Part shown: positions 22,234 to 33,678 of the stretch, one piece after another | How positions within the stretch are numbered: the first letter of the stretch is position 1 | Layout of the letters: each line of letters begins with the position of its first letter | From: Dimorphilus gyrociliatus | Lineage: Eukaryota; Animalia; Annelida | Length of the DNA: 64,000 nucleotides | Direction of reading: 5' to 3' | NCBI GenBank assembly: GCA_904063045.1 | Contig: CAJFCJ010000005.1 | Location: 883,988-947,987, forward strand | Notes under the pieces: model-generated | The model's database searches: none | What the model saw: the letters and a program-made list of their open reading frames with translations, nothing else | What the model was told of the DNA's origin: nothing | Program-made: the position numbers and the translations under genes

Positions 22234-24696
22234 ACTTGAGAGAAATCCTTTGCCTCCCCTACTCTTCCCACTATATATACTGTATACATCCCTTCACCTT
22301 ACCCCCGTTACAAACACTTAAAAGTTACAACTAAAAAAATAACACTTGTATTTACTCTAAATTGAATTTTTACGATTCGCATTTAAGTGAGAAATTTTCG
22401 GAACGAACTTTATTAGAAAACTCGTTTCTATCGCATTGTATGATTTTTGTTCTATTTCATTTGTTGTTATTTAAGAAGAGGAAGAAAAGAAGAGAGGAGA
22501 GAAGAGAAGAAAACAAAAACAGGAAAAACAACCGAGTTACTACAGCTATTCTTATTAATAAATTAACGCCATAAAACACTGTTTCTAATAGAGATTTTGG
22601 TGGAAGCAGTGGCGGTGGCGGCGGTGGTAGTAGTAGTAGCAGTAGTTTTAATTTTCAATAGTCTTATAGTCTTTTAATCCTTTAATCCATGAGTCAATCC
22701 TTGGTGTAATTTAGTACAATTATTATCTCGGTTTTCGTTCTCTAATTTAATGTATGCAATTGTTCTCTGGACAATAAACGAAAAATTTTTCTTTCTATAA
22801 TGAAATATACATAAAAACAAACAAAACAGACAAACATACTCATATTCATTCAATTAAATTGTAAATTGTCTCCATCTTTTATACTTTAAATTGTTTATTG
22901 TAGGCTAGTTTTCTTTCAATTATTACCCTCAATGGACTGGGGAGGATAAGCTGTATGCGTATTACGTAATAGGTTTTACAGGATTTCATAGGTTAAGAGA
23001 TTTTCTAATTACATTAATTACGTAATACGTATCGGTTTTTCTTAGAGATTAGTAAAGTGGTATATATAATCCGACTGAAGTGGAAATATGTAACGAAAGT
23101 AGCAGTTATTTAACTTTACGACTGGAGAGAACTTGACACGTTTTGTAGCAGTTTTTTTTATTGTTGCTTAAACTTTTGTTCATAACGTCCTATTCGTCAT
23201 TCTTCTGCTGTCATAAGTAGCTAAAATGCGCTTTTCTCCTATCAGTTGTTGGGAAGCGTTAGCCGTGAAGAAATTTTCCTCAATACTGCGTGCCATTTAA
23301 CGCAGCATGAGTTACATTTTCTTTTCCCTCAACTAGCTTTTTCCTATGTAAATATTCGCCAGTCGTCCCTTTCTCCCACCCCCATTTACTTTTAAGAAAT
23401 AAATAATACGCGGTTGCTCCTTCCTCTACCTTCTCCCCTCTCCCCCCTTCAACCTTTAGCCCTTCGCAACCTTCTCTAACTATGTCATTTCACATCCTTC
23501 ATTCGCTTTTCACTCATTCACTTACTCTCTCTCTCTCTCTTGTCTCTTGTTCTCCTTACCCTCTTCTCGTGGTACTTAAGTCGTTTGCAATGTTAATTAT
23601 TCCTCGCTTTTAATCTCTCGCTTTTACGTGTCCTGCACGAAGATAAAAATCAAAATGATTACTTGAGCAGATGGTTGTAAAACTGTTAAATCCGTTATTT
23701 TCTTCGCTTCGTATTAATCACTGACTACAAACGAAGAATAGTAATTAGTAGGTAATTACAAACTTGGGCAAATCACGTCTTATCGGCGAATCTCTTCGTA
23801 GGAATTCAATAGGTTTTTTGTTGTTCCATTCAAAGAGTATAAGAGTTTAATGTATAGTATTTGTTATATATGTAGTTATTTGCTAAATATTAAATTGTTA
23901 GGTGGACATGAATACTATGTTTTCTTAGTATAAAATTTCAATCGAGTAAACTGTGTTCTTAATGGAAGACAAACTAGTTGTTGCAAACTATTAAAAGCGA
24001 CATCTGTAGTCACCTTAGAGAATCGGAATAAAGGGGTGATAAACAAAGGCGGGGGCCGTCTTTGGCGGTTCAACGTTTGTTTAACGGCAAGAGTGACGGC
24101 GATAAAACGCCAAGGGAACAAAGACGTTTATTGTTTGAGGATATATTGCTTACTTATTGCTTTTCATTCGAAAAGATTAAATATAATGAAAGATGATACG
24201 ACAGGAGATTAAACCTTCAGAATGTTTTTTAAATCCTTTATTAATTTATAGTAATCCAATCGGAAATTCAAATAATGAAAATGAAAGGAAAACAGTGGTA
24301 AAAAATTTAAAGGCAAACTATACAAAGTTTGGCACGAAAAAGGGTTATAAGCACTTTATTTCTGTTTTTACAGCTTTATAAAAAAGTTTTTATTCGTTTC
24401 GTTCAGGTTCATTAAGAACTGAATAATTTAGTAATAGTACAAAGCTGTCCGTTATCGATGATGTAGAGTTTTTGATGGGTTACTATAGAATTTCATCATC
24501 CTCTCTTCAAATAAACATTCCCTAATCTATCCGGTAACGGCAATTGATATTATTGAGGTAAACATCCAAAATCAATTTTCAAATTCCTTACAGGCTTCGG
24601 GTCGGTTGCCAGAAAGGCAACCTTTCTCCCTCAATAACCTGTCTACTACATCACTTTAACGCTCCAAGCGTTTTTTTCTCTTAATACTTGTTCGGT

Positions 24697-24711
24697 TGCG
24701 CCATCTATCGG
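24697..24711. promoter_or_regulatory. CTCF-like motif (reverse complement CCGATAGATGGCGCA)
   Basis: Exact TAGATGGCG core on the - strand. Confidence 0.45.
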
Positions 24712-27410
24712 ACATTAAAAAAAATAAAATTTGATAAACACGGAAGCATTTCTCAATGGGTTTTATTAGTTTTTTTCCCCTCAAATTATTCGTAAAAAAA
24801 TTAATAAAGGACGAATTTTATTAGTTAATCTTCCAGTGATAGTATAAAAAGCCTTATCATTAGACTATCCATGATATTTAATCTTCAGTATACAAATCGC
24901 CTTAGAAGAAATAATTTCCCCTTTATACAGTGACTTTTCCCTCTGCCACTCTCCCCCTACCCGGCCCCCTTTCTCTTTCTCTTTAATTTCTTTCATAATT
25001 TTTCTTAGTATTTTCAAATAAAAAAGAAGACAACAGGTTAGCTTCCTATTATGAAAAAAAATAATTCATGCCAATTCTGTTTGTTATAACTTAATGGATT
25101 GTGATATGCTTTTTCGTGATTCTCTTAACCCTTACTATTTAGAGCATTTAATAAAATATTCCATAATTTTTAGTCTTTGGGCTTAGCGTAAACACTTGAA
25201 CAAGATATGGGTTAGACCTATTCAAAAGATATTGCCTCCATCAATTTAATAATGTAGCTTATCAACCAATAGCTCAAGGCTTTTCCTAATTATTTCTTAG
25301 TATTTCCTTTTAAACGAGACTTCCTTGACCTCTGATGAACCCTGTCAATAATTAGTTATTTCCGATAAGGAAGAGAACTCTCCAATGCTCTCTTCAAAGA
25401 TATATTCTGTATTGTGTCGAAAAAAACAATATACAAAGAAGATATACAATCGAAAGTGAATAAGATTATTCACAGTAGAAAGAGGAAGTATTCAAGAAAA
25501 GGATAATTGAATAAACAAACAAAACGTATAAAAGTTGAATCGAAAAGTGGATGAGAGAAAAGTAGAACTAGGGAAGATAAAAAGGAAACAAAAAAGCCCA
25601 AATTGACTCTACCCACTAGAATTCCCAATGAACGAAGCATTAAAATAGAGTAAATTTAAAAAAAAAAACAGTTACAAATGATATTTTCTTTTGAATGTAC
25701 AGCAAGTTTTGTTGATGGAAATTGTTTCTAAGAATATTACAATATGAAAAATGACTTTTACATTAAGTATTTTCGTGTTTAAAGAGTAAATTTCCTTGAT
25801 ATCGTGTCTCTCTCAAAAAAATCATGACTTAGCTACTGAAACGATTTAAGCGTATGACAATTTGCAAAAGCACAAAATTAATTTCTTTAATAGTACCGCT
25901 TTTAGCATTTGAAATATTAAATACTCTCTATTTGTGTTTTATGTTTAAAGAATACCCTATTAAGTTTACTTGAAACCATTGATACGAGTGTACAGTATAT
26001 CTTCTAATCGAGTAGTGAAACCCTTCGTGTTTCTTTTTTCCCTACTATTTACTCCAATAGGACTTAAATAACTTTGCCTAACAAGTTTTGTACGTTATTT
26101 ATCAATTGAAGAGTAGGCTGTTGAAAATGGTAAGCTGGAGGAGAAACTATTCCACGGTTGTTCTTTTCCCGATAGATGGCATTGTTTTAGTTTAATATAT
26201 ACGATTTGGAAATCAGCGTGAGAAGCACTTAAACGGCTTAGGCGGTTTTTGTCAATTTTCAACTTGATAAACGCATATTCGTTGTAGTAGATTGAAAATT
26301 GAAAATTTCACAAATAAAAGTAGTGGAGAGATAGGAAAAAGCTCGGCTCTCTTTTCTACAATAACATATTGTTTAATATCATTTAAAGGGAGGGTGAAGG
26401 GAATGATTTTCCCCCTCCTCCTCCCATTCTGCAGTTTTCATAATTAACTTATTTTCTTGGACTAAATTTTCATTTATAAAAGTGATTATTATAGCTTTTA
26501 TTATTAAGATTTTTAAACTCGTCATTGCCTAATGTATATATACATTGCACATCATCGATCAATAAAAAATAGTACGACATATTGAATTAGATATTGTGAA
26601 TACTGTACAACGCTTTGTTGTAATAAAAAAAAGGATGGGGGATGTGAATGAAATATACGTAAGGGGAACAGAATGGGTTACAAGAAAGAGAGAGAGAGAG
26701 AGATGGAAATGTTTCAAGTCTATTCCCTCTGTTAGATTAAGCATAGTGTTAAACTATAATTATGTTGGTGATTGGTGTTGTACTATGATAGAACGAATAA
26801 AAAGAGCTTTTCCGTTACCCTTATATATATGGGAGACAGTGAAGGATTGTTAAGAAAAAAAAAGATAACAGAGAAGTCAGAGGAAATAGAGAAAAGGAAA
26901 AGAGGAAGTAAAAGTTATTTAGTTTCAAATATGACAATTTATGAAAATATCTTTTATTAATAAAACAATTCATTTTGATCATTGCCTTTTAAACTTGTAA
27001 TATGGAAAATTATTTGAGCGTAAGATGAAACATTTGATTTTTTTAGTAATCCTAATAAGCTTAAGGCTATTTTTAGTAGCTATTCTCTTTTTTTTATTAT
27101 CTAATCTAGTTAATCCAATTATAGAATGCTGCATAATTTTACATATAATAACATACAATACTTTATATCTTTTAAAGCGTATAGGTTTCTGATAATATTT
27201 GCCATAAAACTAATCTCTATTGATGAACTAATCAGATGTTGTTTGCATGAGAGTACCAGAACTATTCTACAGTCAAAATAGTTACTGTGTTAAGTAGGTC
27301 CGCGAATTAGATCCCGTATTGGATGGTCAATTTTTGCACAGTGTTTCTAGGATGTAGAAATTCAAAAAATATAAAATTCGCTTAAGGAATCTATATTACG
27401 TAGTAAAATA

Positions 27411-27446
<36 letters not shown>

Positions 27447-30033
27447 AGACAGAGAGAGAGAGAGAGAGAGAAAAGCGTAGTCTACTCCTTAATCTAAATA
27501 AAAGCGATATACAATCTATTATACATAAATGTCTCATTGATAAAAAGATAATATTTACGCGCTAATTTGCCTGGCAATTAGAATGATTTGCATTCAAAAA
27601 GTTCTTAGAAAATAAAGTGATTAGCTGGTGACAGGGAGGTGAAGAGATACAGAGAGAGAGAGAGAAAGAGAGAGGAGAATCATAGACACGCAGTCAAACT
27701 GACATGTAGAGAAACGAAGGGAGTGAATTATGTTTATTATTCAATTGTTGTAATTTCTTTGCTACGATAAACATATTCCCATTTCCATTCTTTACCCTTA
27801 AAACATAGGATTTAACAAATTTTCGTTAGACTTCCAATAGTAATAAAAGATTGATAAAAGACGCTAGAGTTATTTATGCTGAGGAGGGGGCTGAAGAAGA
27901 CTTTTTAATGGATTTTATAGAAATATATATGTATATATATATATATCTATATATATATAGGATGATGGGAGGAGAGGGGATCGTAAAAAAATTATAATTC
28001 GTAATCGTTTTTGATGTAGTTAAACAATAGTGTAACTTTAGCAAATAGCGTCGAAACGCTTGTTCGATATGAAATGCGTATAAAAACACGGTATGTCAGC
28101 AATTGGGATTGATTGAGTGCTAGAGATCGACGACGGCCAGTTATAACTAAAGCATTTACTTATTTTTTAGCTATTTTTTGTTTTTGGGTAGCCGTCAAAA
28201 GTTTCTGTTGGAAACTAATCGAATCTGTAAAAAACAAAAAAGACGACAAGTTTCTTAATAATCATTTCTTTCTTAAACAAATAGGGAGAGTCTGTAATTA
28301 TAAAGTTTATTGAATATTGACAAACCAGAAGGTATTATATAAAAAGAATAAATATTTAAAGAGGTTAGAGAGAGAGTCATTTTTTGACGGGTGGATGATT
28401 AATGAAAATACGTTATAGACTAATATCTACAATTTTCAATTCTCTCCTGATCTTTCAATTATTTAAATTGTATAAAAATAGATGAAAAGCTATAGAATCG
28501 TGTTTAAGATATTTTTAACTATTAATTAATATTCTTTACTATCTTTCTTTTTGTTGAAAAAGAAAGAAAATAAACCATGAAGTCCGAGGGAAAGAGAAAT
28601 ATACTTTTTAATTGAGACATTCTTTCTTTTGTTTAATTAACAAAACTTTTTTCAATTTGTCTTTCGTGGTTTTTTAACAATTAGAATATATATGTTTAGA
28701 GAAGGAATGAGGAAATTCAATTGAAAATAATATGAATGTACTCTGCTGTAGTTAAGAAATACGAAAACTTTTCCGACTTCTAACTATCGGAATACGAAAC
28801 TTGTTAAGAAACCTAAAATACCATAAATAACACCATTTCATTCCTATAATATTCGTCCCGAGTATCAGGAAAGAAAAGAATCGTTTTACTTCAATTACAT
28901 AAAAAAAGAAATGTCATGAAAAGTGATTTCTAATAGTTAAAAATGATTAGGGTTAGCAAATTTGTCCTTCGAAAATCTCTGCAAAGGGAAAAGAGATCTC
29001 TAGATGGTAAAGGTCCATCTACAAATATCAAACTACAATTATCATATGTGAAACAATTATTTTTACTTAAATACTAATTCTATATTGTTTCACATATGTT
29101 GATTATTTAAATAATTAATTTAAACGGAAATAATTTCTTTATACACCTATTCCACCCGTTTATTTTTAGTTAGACCAAATATTATTCTATTTTTAATTGT
29201 AAGTACGAAACAACACTAGTTCCCTTTATATTTGTCAATGTTTTTTTTTGTTGGTTGATATGTATGTATGGAAAATTATGACATTCCAGTTCCTTCTACT
29301 TCTTTTCTAAAAAAGAGTGGAGATATTGAAAAATATTTATATATTATTATATACAGTATATATATGTACAGTATACAACTAGTATACAGCGTTTGACCAA
29401 GTGCTTCTTGACAAATTCTAGACCATTCCCTTAGTATTGATTTACTATAGATGAATATAATTTACTTTGTTTATAGGTCCGAATGAAAAGGCCTATTGGT
29501 TCTATAAAATAAATGCAAATTGAATTTATAGTTTCTCTTCTTTTTCCTATTCAATTCTCAACTAATGTTTTCTTTTCATTTAAAAAACACTTTTCCATAA
29601 ACTTACTATGCTTTTAGTTCAATGAATTAATAGTAAAATATTGAAGAGATTATTATCATTACAATATATTTATGTAGTTTATTTAAATCACTTAAAAAAA
29701 GGGATACAAATTCCTCTATCTAGTCCTTAAATCAACAATAATAATTCTGTTATTAATAGTACCCAAAACATTAAGGAATTACTTCCTTTTTTTTGCTATT
29801 AACAACTTTTTTTTAAAAAAAAAAAAAAAGACAAAGATTTTTTCTCCCTTTGTAGTCGCATTTTTATTTTTCAGGTATGCTAATTGTTTAAAAAATCTGT
29901 ATGTTTCTTTAATTATCCCTTTTAGAAAGAGATTTGTTTTTTATAATTTTCTTTGTATGTTTAGATTTGATGTCATCGGGAACAGCAGTATGGAAAGGTG
30001 CGAGAAAGAGAAAAGTACTGTATATAAAAATAG

Positions 30034-30037
<4 letters not shown>

Positions 30038-30073
<36 letters not shown>
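30038..30073. repeat. (GA)n microsatellite
   Basis: Directly visible. Confidence 0.95.
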
Positions 30074-30076
<3 letters not shown>

Positions 30077-30164
30077 GGGAGGATAAATACATATGATTTT
30101 TCTATAAAGTTAGCTATAGTATACTTTTAAAAAAAAACTGCACGTTAAGCGTTTCGTAAGTCCT

Positions 30165-30216
30165 CACTAGCGCCGCCTGATATACATATATTCCCGTCGC
30201 ATTATCTACTTCAGTT
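30165..30216 (+). promoter_or_regulatory. Probable core promoter of the AstC-like gene: CTCF-like CACTAGCGCCGCCTGA (30165-30180), TATA-like tract (about 30181-30190) and Inr-like TCAGTT (30211-30216)
   Basis: TCAGTT matches the insect-type initiator consensus TCAGTY and lies 36 nt before the ATG at 30252. The spacing is promoter-like; the TSS is inferred. Confidence 0.5.
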
Positions 30217-30251
30217 CAACACCCCAGCTGGTCCGTAAATTGTGCGGAAAA

Positions 30252-31261
30252 ATGAAAAACATTGCAATTGTAGCACTCTGTTTGGTTTTCGTTTTAAATA
30301 ACTTTACCTATGGTGCAGTTTTGAACAGAGAAGATTTGAATGAAATGGAACGAGATTTTCAAGTAAGAAATTATAAAATTCATCTGGAATTGTGAAAAAT
30401 AAATGAAGCAACCGTAAAAGTTTTGTTTCATCTTTTTTTCGCAATTAAACTAATAGTTAAATCTAATTTAAATCCTACTTTAATAGTTTTATCAAGGATT
30501 TTAGATATTCTTTTAACATTAGGCTTATAGTAACTTATGATAGGGATTGATAATTTCCGTCTAAGCAGTACAATTCTTTTTCACTATTCCCAATCTTAAA
30601 ATATAAAGGAGACGTCTCTGCGAAGAATGGAGACGGTGAGCCAGGGCTTAAAACATCCTATTTAAGCTTAAAAACTGGCACATTTACAAACCGTTCCAAG
30701 CAAAGTATTAATAAGAGATTAAGTTTGACAAGCGCCAAATACATACTTTTCTTACTCAACAAAGAAATAAAAAGTATGAAATTCTCTAAAGAGTCCGTTT
30801 CTGAAACCGGAAGTTGTGTTATAAACAATTGAGCGGGTTTGCATAATAAATAGAATGAATTGACAAAATTTGTCATCAACTTTTATGCATCAATTTGTAA
30901 CTAGAATGTCTTTTTTTTATCTATTTGTTATGTTATGCAAATACCATTTACACTCTTTTATTTATCAATAAACAAGTATAAAAAAAACAACTATCTGATC
31001 AGCCAATGAAAAGGGAAATAAACAATAAGTAGATACTTTATACAATTATATAACATTTAAAAATAGTAGAAACTTAATAACTGTTCTAATAACGTTTTGT
31101 TTTTCTTCCATATTCTTTATGGAAATCTTTAGAGTGAAGATTTTCGGCGACTTTTCAAATTTCTTCTGAGGAATAAATCGAGAGAGAATAAAGAAATGAT
31201 TGATTTAAAGAAGAAAAATAATGCTAAACAGTGTTTCTTTCACGCCATCAATTGCTGGTAG
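30252..31261 (+). CDS. AstC: Allatostatin-C / somatostatin-type neuropeptide precursor, 88 aa (79 aa if the 27-nt micro-exon is skipped)
   Basis: Exons 30252-30362 (MKNIAIVALCLVFVLNNFTYGAVLNREDLNEMERDFQ|GTAAGA), 30609-30635 (ETSLRRMET|GTGAGC) and 31133-31261 (SEDFRRLFKFLLRNKSRENKEMIDLKKKNNAKQCFFHAINCW*), all with phase-0 junctions. It has a signal peptide, an acidic pro-region, a KKK basic site and a C-terminal C-x6-C-aromatic peptide. AATAAA lies at 31297-31302. Confidence 0.8.
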
Positions 31262-31416
31262 ATGGTATAACTGTTTTGAGCTAGCTTAATGTTTTAAATA
31301 AAGGCAGATGATGATTGTTCAATGACTTCAAATAATGATTTCCTTCGTTTATGAAGAAAATTTTGCAATCAGAAATGTTGTATACATATTAGTATACAGA
31401 AAAAAATCTGTATATA

Positions 31417-31419
<3 letters not shown>

Positions 31420-31470
<51 letters not shown>
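31420..31470. repeat. (TA)n microsatellite preceded by ATATACTGTA
   Basis: Directly visible. Confidence 0.95.
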
Positions 31471-31474
<4 letters not shown>

Positions 31475-33678
31475 CATATATCTAATAATTTATCCATGTA
31501 AACAGAAATTTAGTGAAATCATTCTCTGTCTCGAAATTTTCTGGAAATTTTATTTTCATGTTTCAATTAGTAAAAAATTAATTTATTAAAACAATGCAAT
31601 TCACTCAGATTTCAATTCATAAAACTGAGAAATACTTTTCTTAATTGGCTAAATAAAAACCTATTAGAATTATGTAAAATAATATTCATGATCATTTGCA
31701 GCTGATCACAATAACTAAAAACTTAGGTATTTTTTTTTATATGAAAAAGTACGGTGTTTTCTTTTAATATACTGTACATCAAACTTTTCCCGATTTTTCC
31801 CTTATGTGAAAGAGAGAATACTACTTTAAATGCTAGAACTAAGAGCCCCCCTTCGCCTCTAAGTTAATCCGCCACGTTTTCCCCGACCTTGTAGGTAGGA
31901 GGGTCCACGACCTTGCCATTTAGAGGTCTTATATATAGTTGCTCCTCCTCCTCCTCCTACTGGACTTTACCTTTCGACGCTAAGGATAACAAAGCATTAT
32001 AGCGGCTAGGTAAAAAGTAGATAAAACCTGATGTTAATTTCTATTGACGTTAAAACACAGCTAAAGATTGAATAAGATCAAAGGTCGCTAATTAAAAAAA
32101 ATGAAAAAATAAAGTTTACGAAAAAACTTTCTTTCTAAAAAAAATTCCATTAATGTCAACGAAATTTGGCAAACAAACTAATTAGCACACTTTTTTTATA
32201 TTATAAATATAAATCTCTATACACACTTTTTGTCTATCTTCTTTAAAGAGAAATTCGAATACAATTCAACTTTTTACAAACAATGATCGAGTACTACTTA
32301 TTCTATTCATATATACTTATAATAAAATTTTAATCGACCGTCGCGGCTTTACTTCATCTCCGTGACAAAGCTGAAAATATTGCATGACCTATTTCTTTTA
32401 GACCTAGTTTAAATTACTGTCGTCTGTATTGCGTAAAGTAATATTTACGTACAACTAACGAATAAGTTGGCACTTTCAAAAGCTTTACTGGAATTAATCC
32501 ACAAACTTCTACCTTTTTGGAGATTATCATTAAATGTCGAAAACTTGTCGCACACCAAATCCCCCTTTCCCTTTTTTTTTCTTCATTTTTCTCTTACTTA
32601 AGCGTAAAATATCTTTCTCTTATAGAAAAGAAACAAAAAAACAAAAAACAAAAAGAAAACCTTCAACAAGTACGCCATCTACATTCTTTGTACGTAATTC
32701 GAAAGTATATACTGGTAGTTTTCCTTCTAGTTTTTGGATTATACAATCCGTTGATGAAGGTTACAATAAGGGGTTGTTTTGGTTGACGTTAATTCAATAC
32801 TTAAAAAGGCCGACTAGATGACAAACCTAATTGAACAAGTATAATGGTATCATTGAATTCATGAAAATGCTTTTTCAAATATTATTATCGTTGGTGTTTG
32901 ATTATGATTTTGGAGCTTACCTAGATTGGAGAAAATAGCATTTAACAGTTCAGAAAATGGCGAAAAAACTGTCGCATATTTTACAGGCCTAATGTCTGTT
33001 GTGTGCCGGGGTTAGAAATAGGAGATTATCATTAAACATTTCCAAATTGAAATAGAAGTAAACTATTGAAAAACAACTGGAGAAAGTATAGAAATTTTGA
33101 ATACCTAGAATTCTGTTTAAACAATCCTTACCAATATTTATATTCCCTGTAAAAAAACTGGAACAATAGGGTTTTATATATTTCAAAAGTGTAGCAATTA
33201 TATCTCGCACTTTATTCTATTGTTAGGAGAAACATTTCTATATTTGGAAGACTTTACCCATTCAGTTATCTTTTTTTTGCTGAACGAAATGAAAGAAAAT
33301 TCAATATATTACGTCATTTTACGTGTAAATATGATAAGACGAAAGTAATTTAATCATATACTTACTTACTGGAGGATATACTATAGTAATATTCGTTATC
33401 TATACCTATCTTAGAGATTATCTCAATGCTAATTTTAGATAACTCTCTACTAAGCTTTGTTCAATACAAATTTTTGAAACTTTGACCTTTTAGCTCTCTC
33501 ATTTTGTTTTACAACGTTATTTACTCGGTTCTTATACTGTTTTTAAGAGGAAACAAAGAACTCAGTTCAGCCATTTTTGTTTTTACCTCTCTAACATTCT
33601 ACGATCGTCCAAGTATCTTATCCTCGTTGTTTACACAGAAGATATCGTTGAGCTCTCTTCTAAAATAAGCCGAGGAAA

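Noticed and set aside
22592-22660. GGC/GGT/AGT trinucleotide tract read as a terminal exon (DFGGSSGGGGGGSSSSSSFNFQ*, or a poly-V/A tail anchor in another frame)
   Set aside because: No phase-compatible upstream donor for the G/S frame, and the hydrophobic frame needs a poor GAG acceptor. Simple repeats give such translations by default.
24550-24637. Structured-RNA candidate: TTATTGAGG/CCTCAATAA stem enclosing a GGTTGCC-AGAAA-GGCAACC hairpin
   Set aside because: Stems of 7-9 bp are expected many times by chance in 64 kb, and I see no match to SRP, U3, RNase P or snRNA landmarks. An Infernal/Rfam scan would settle it.
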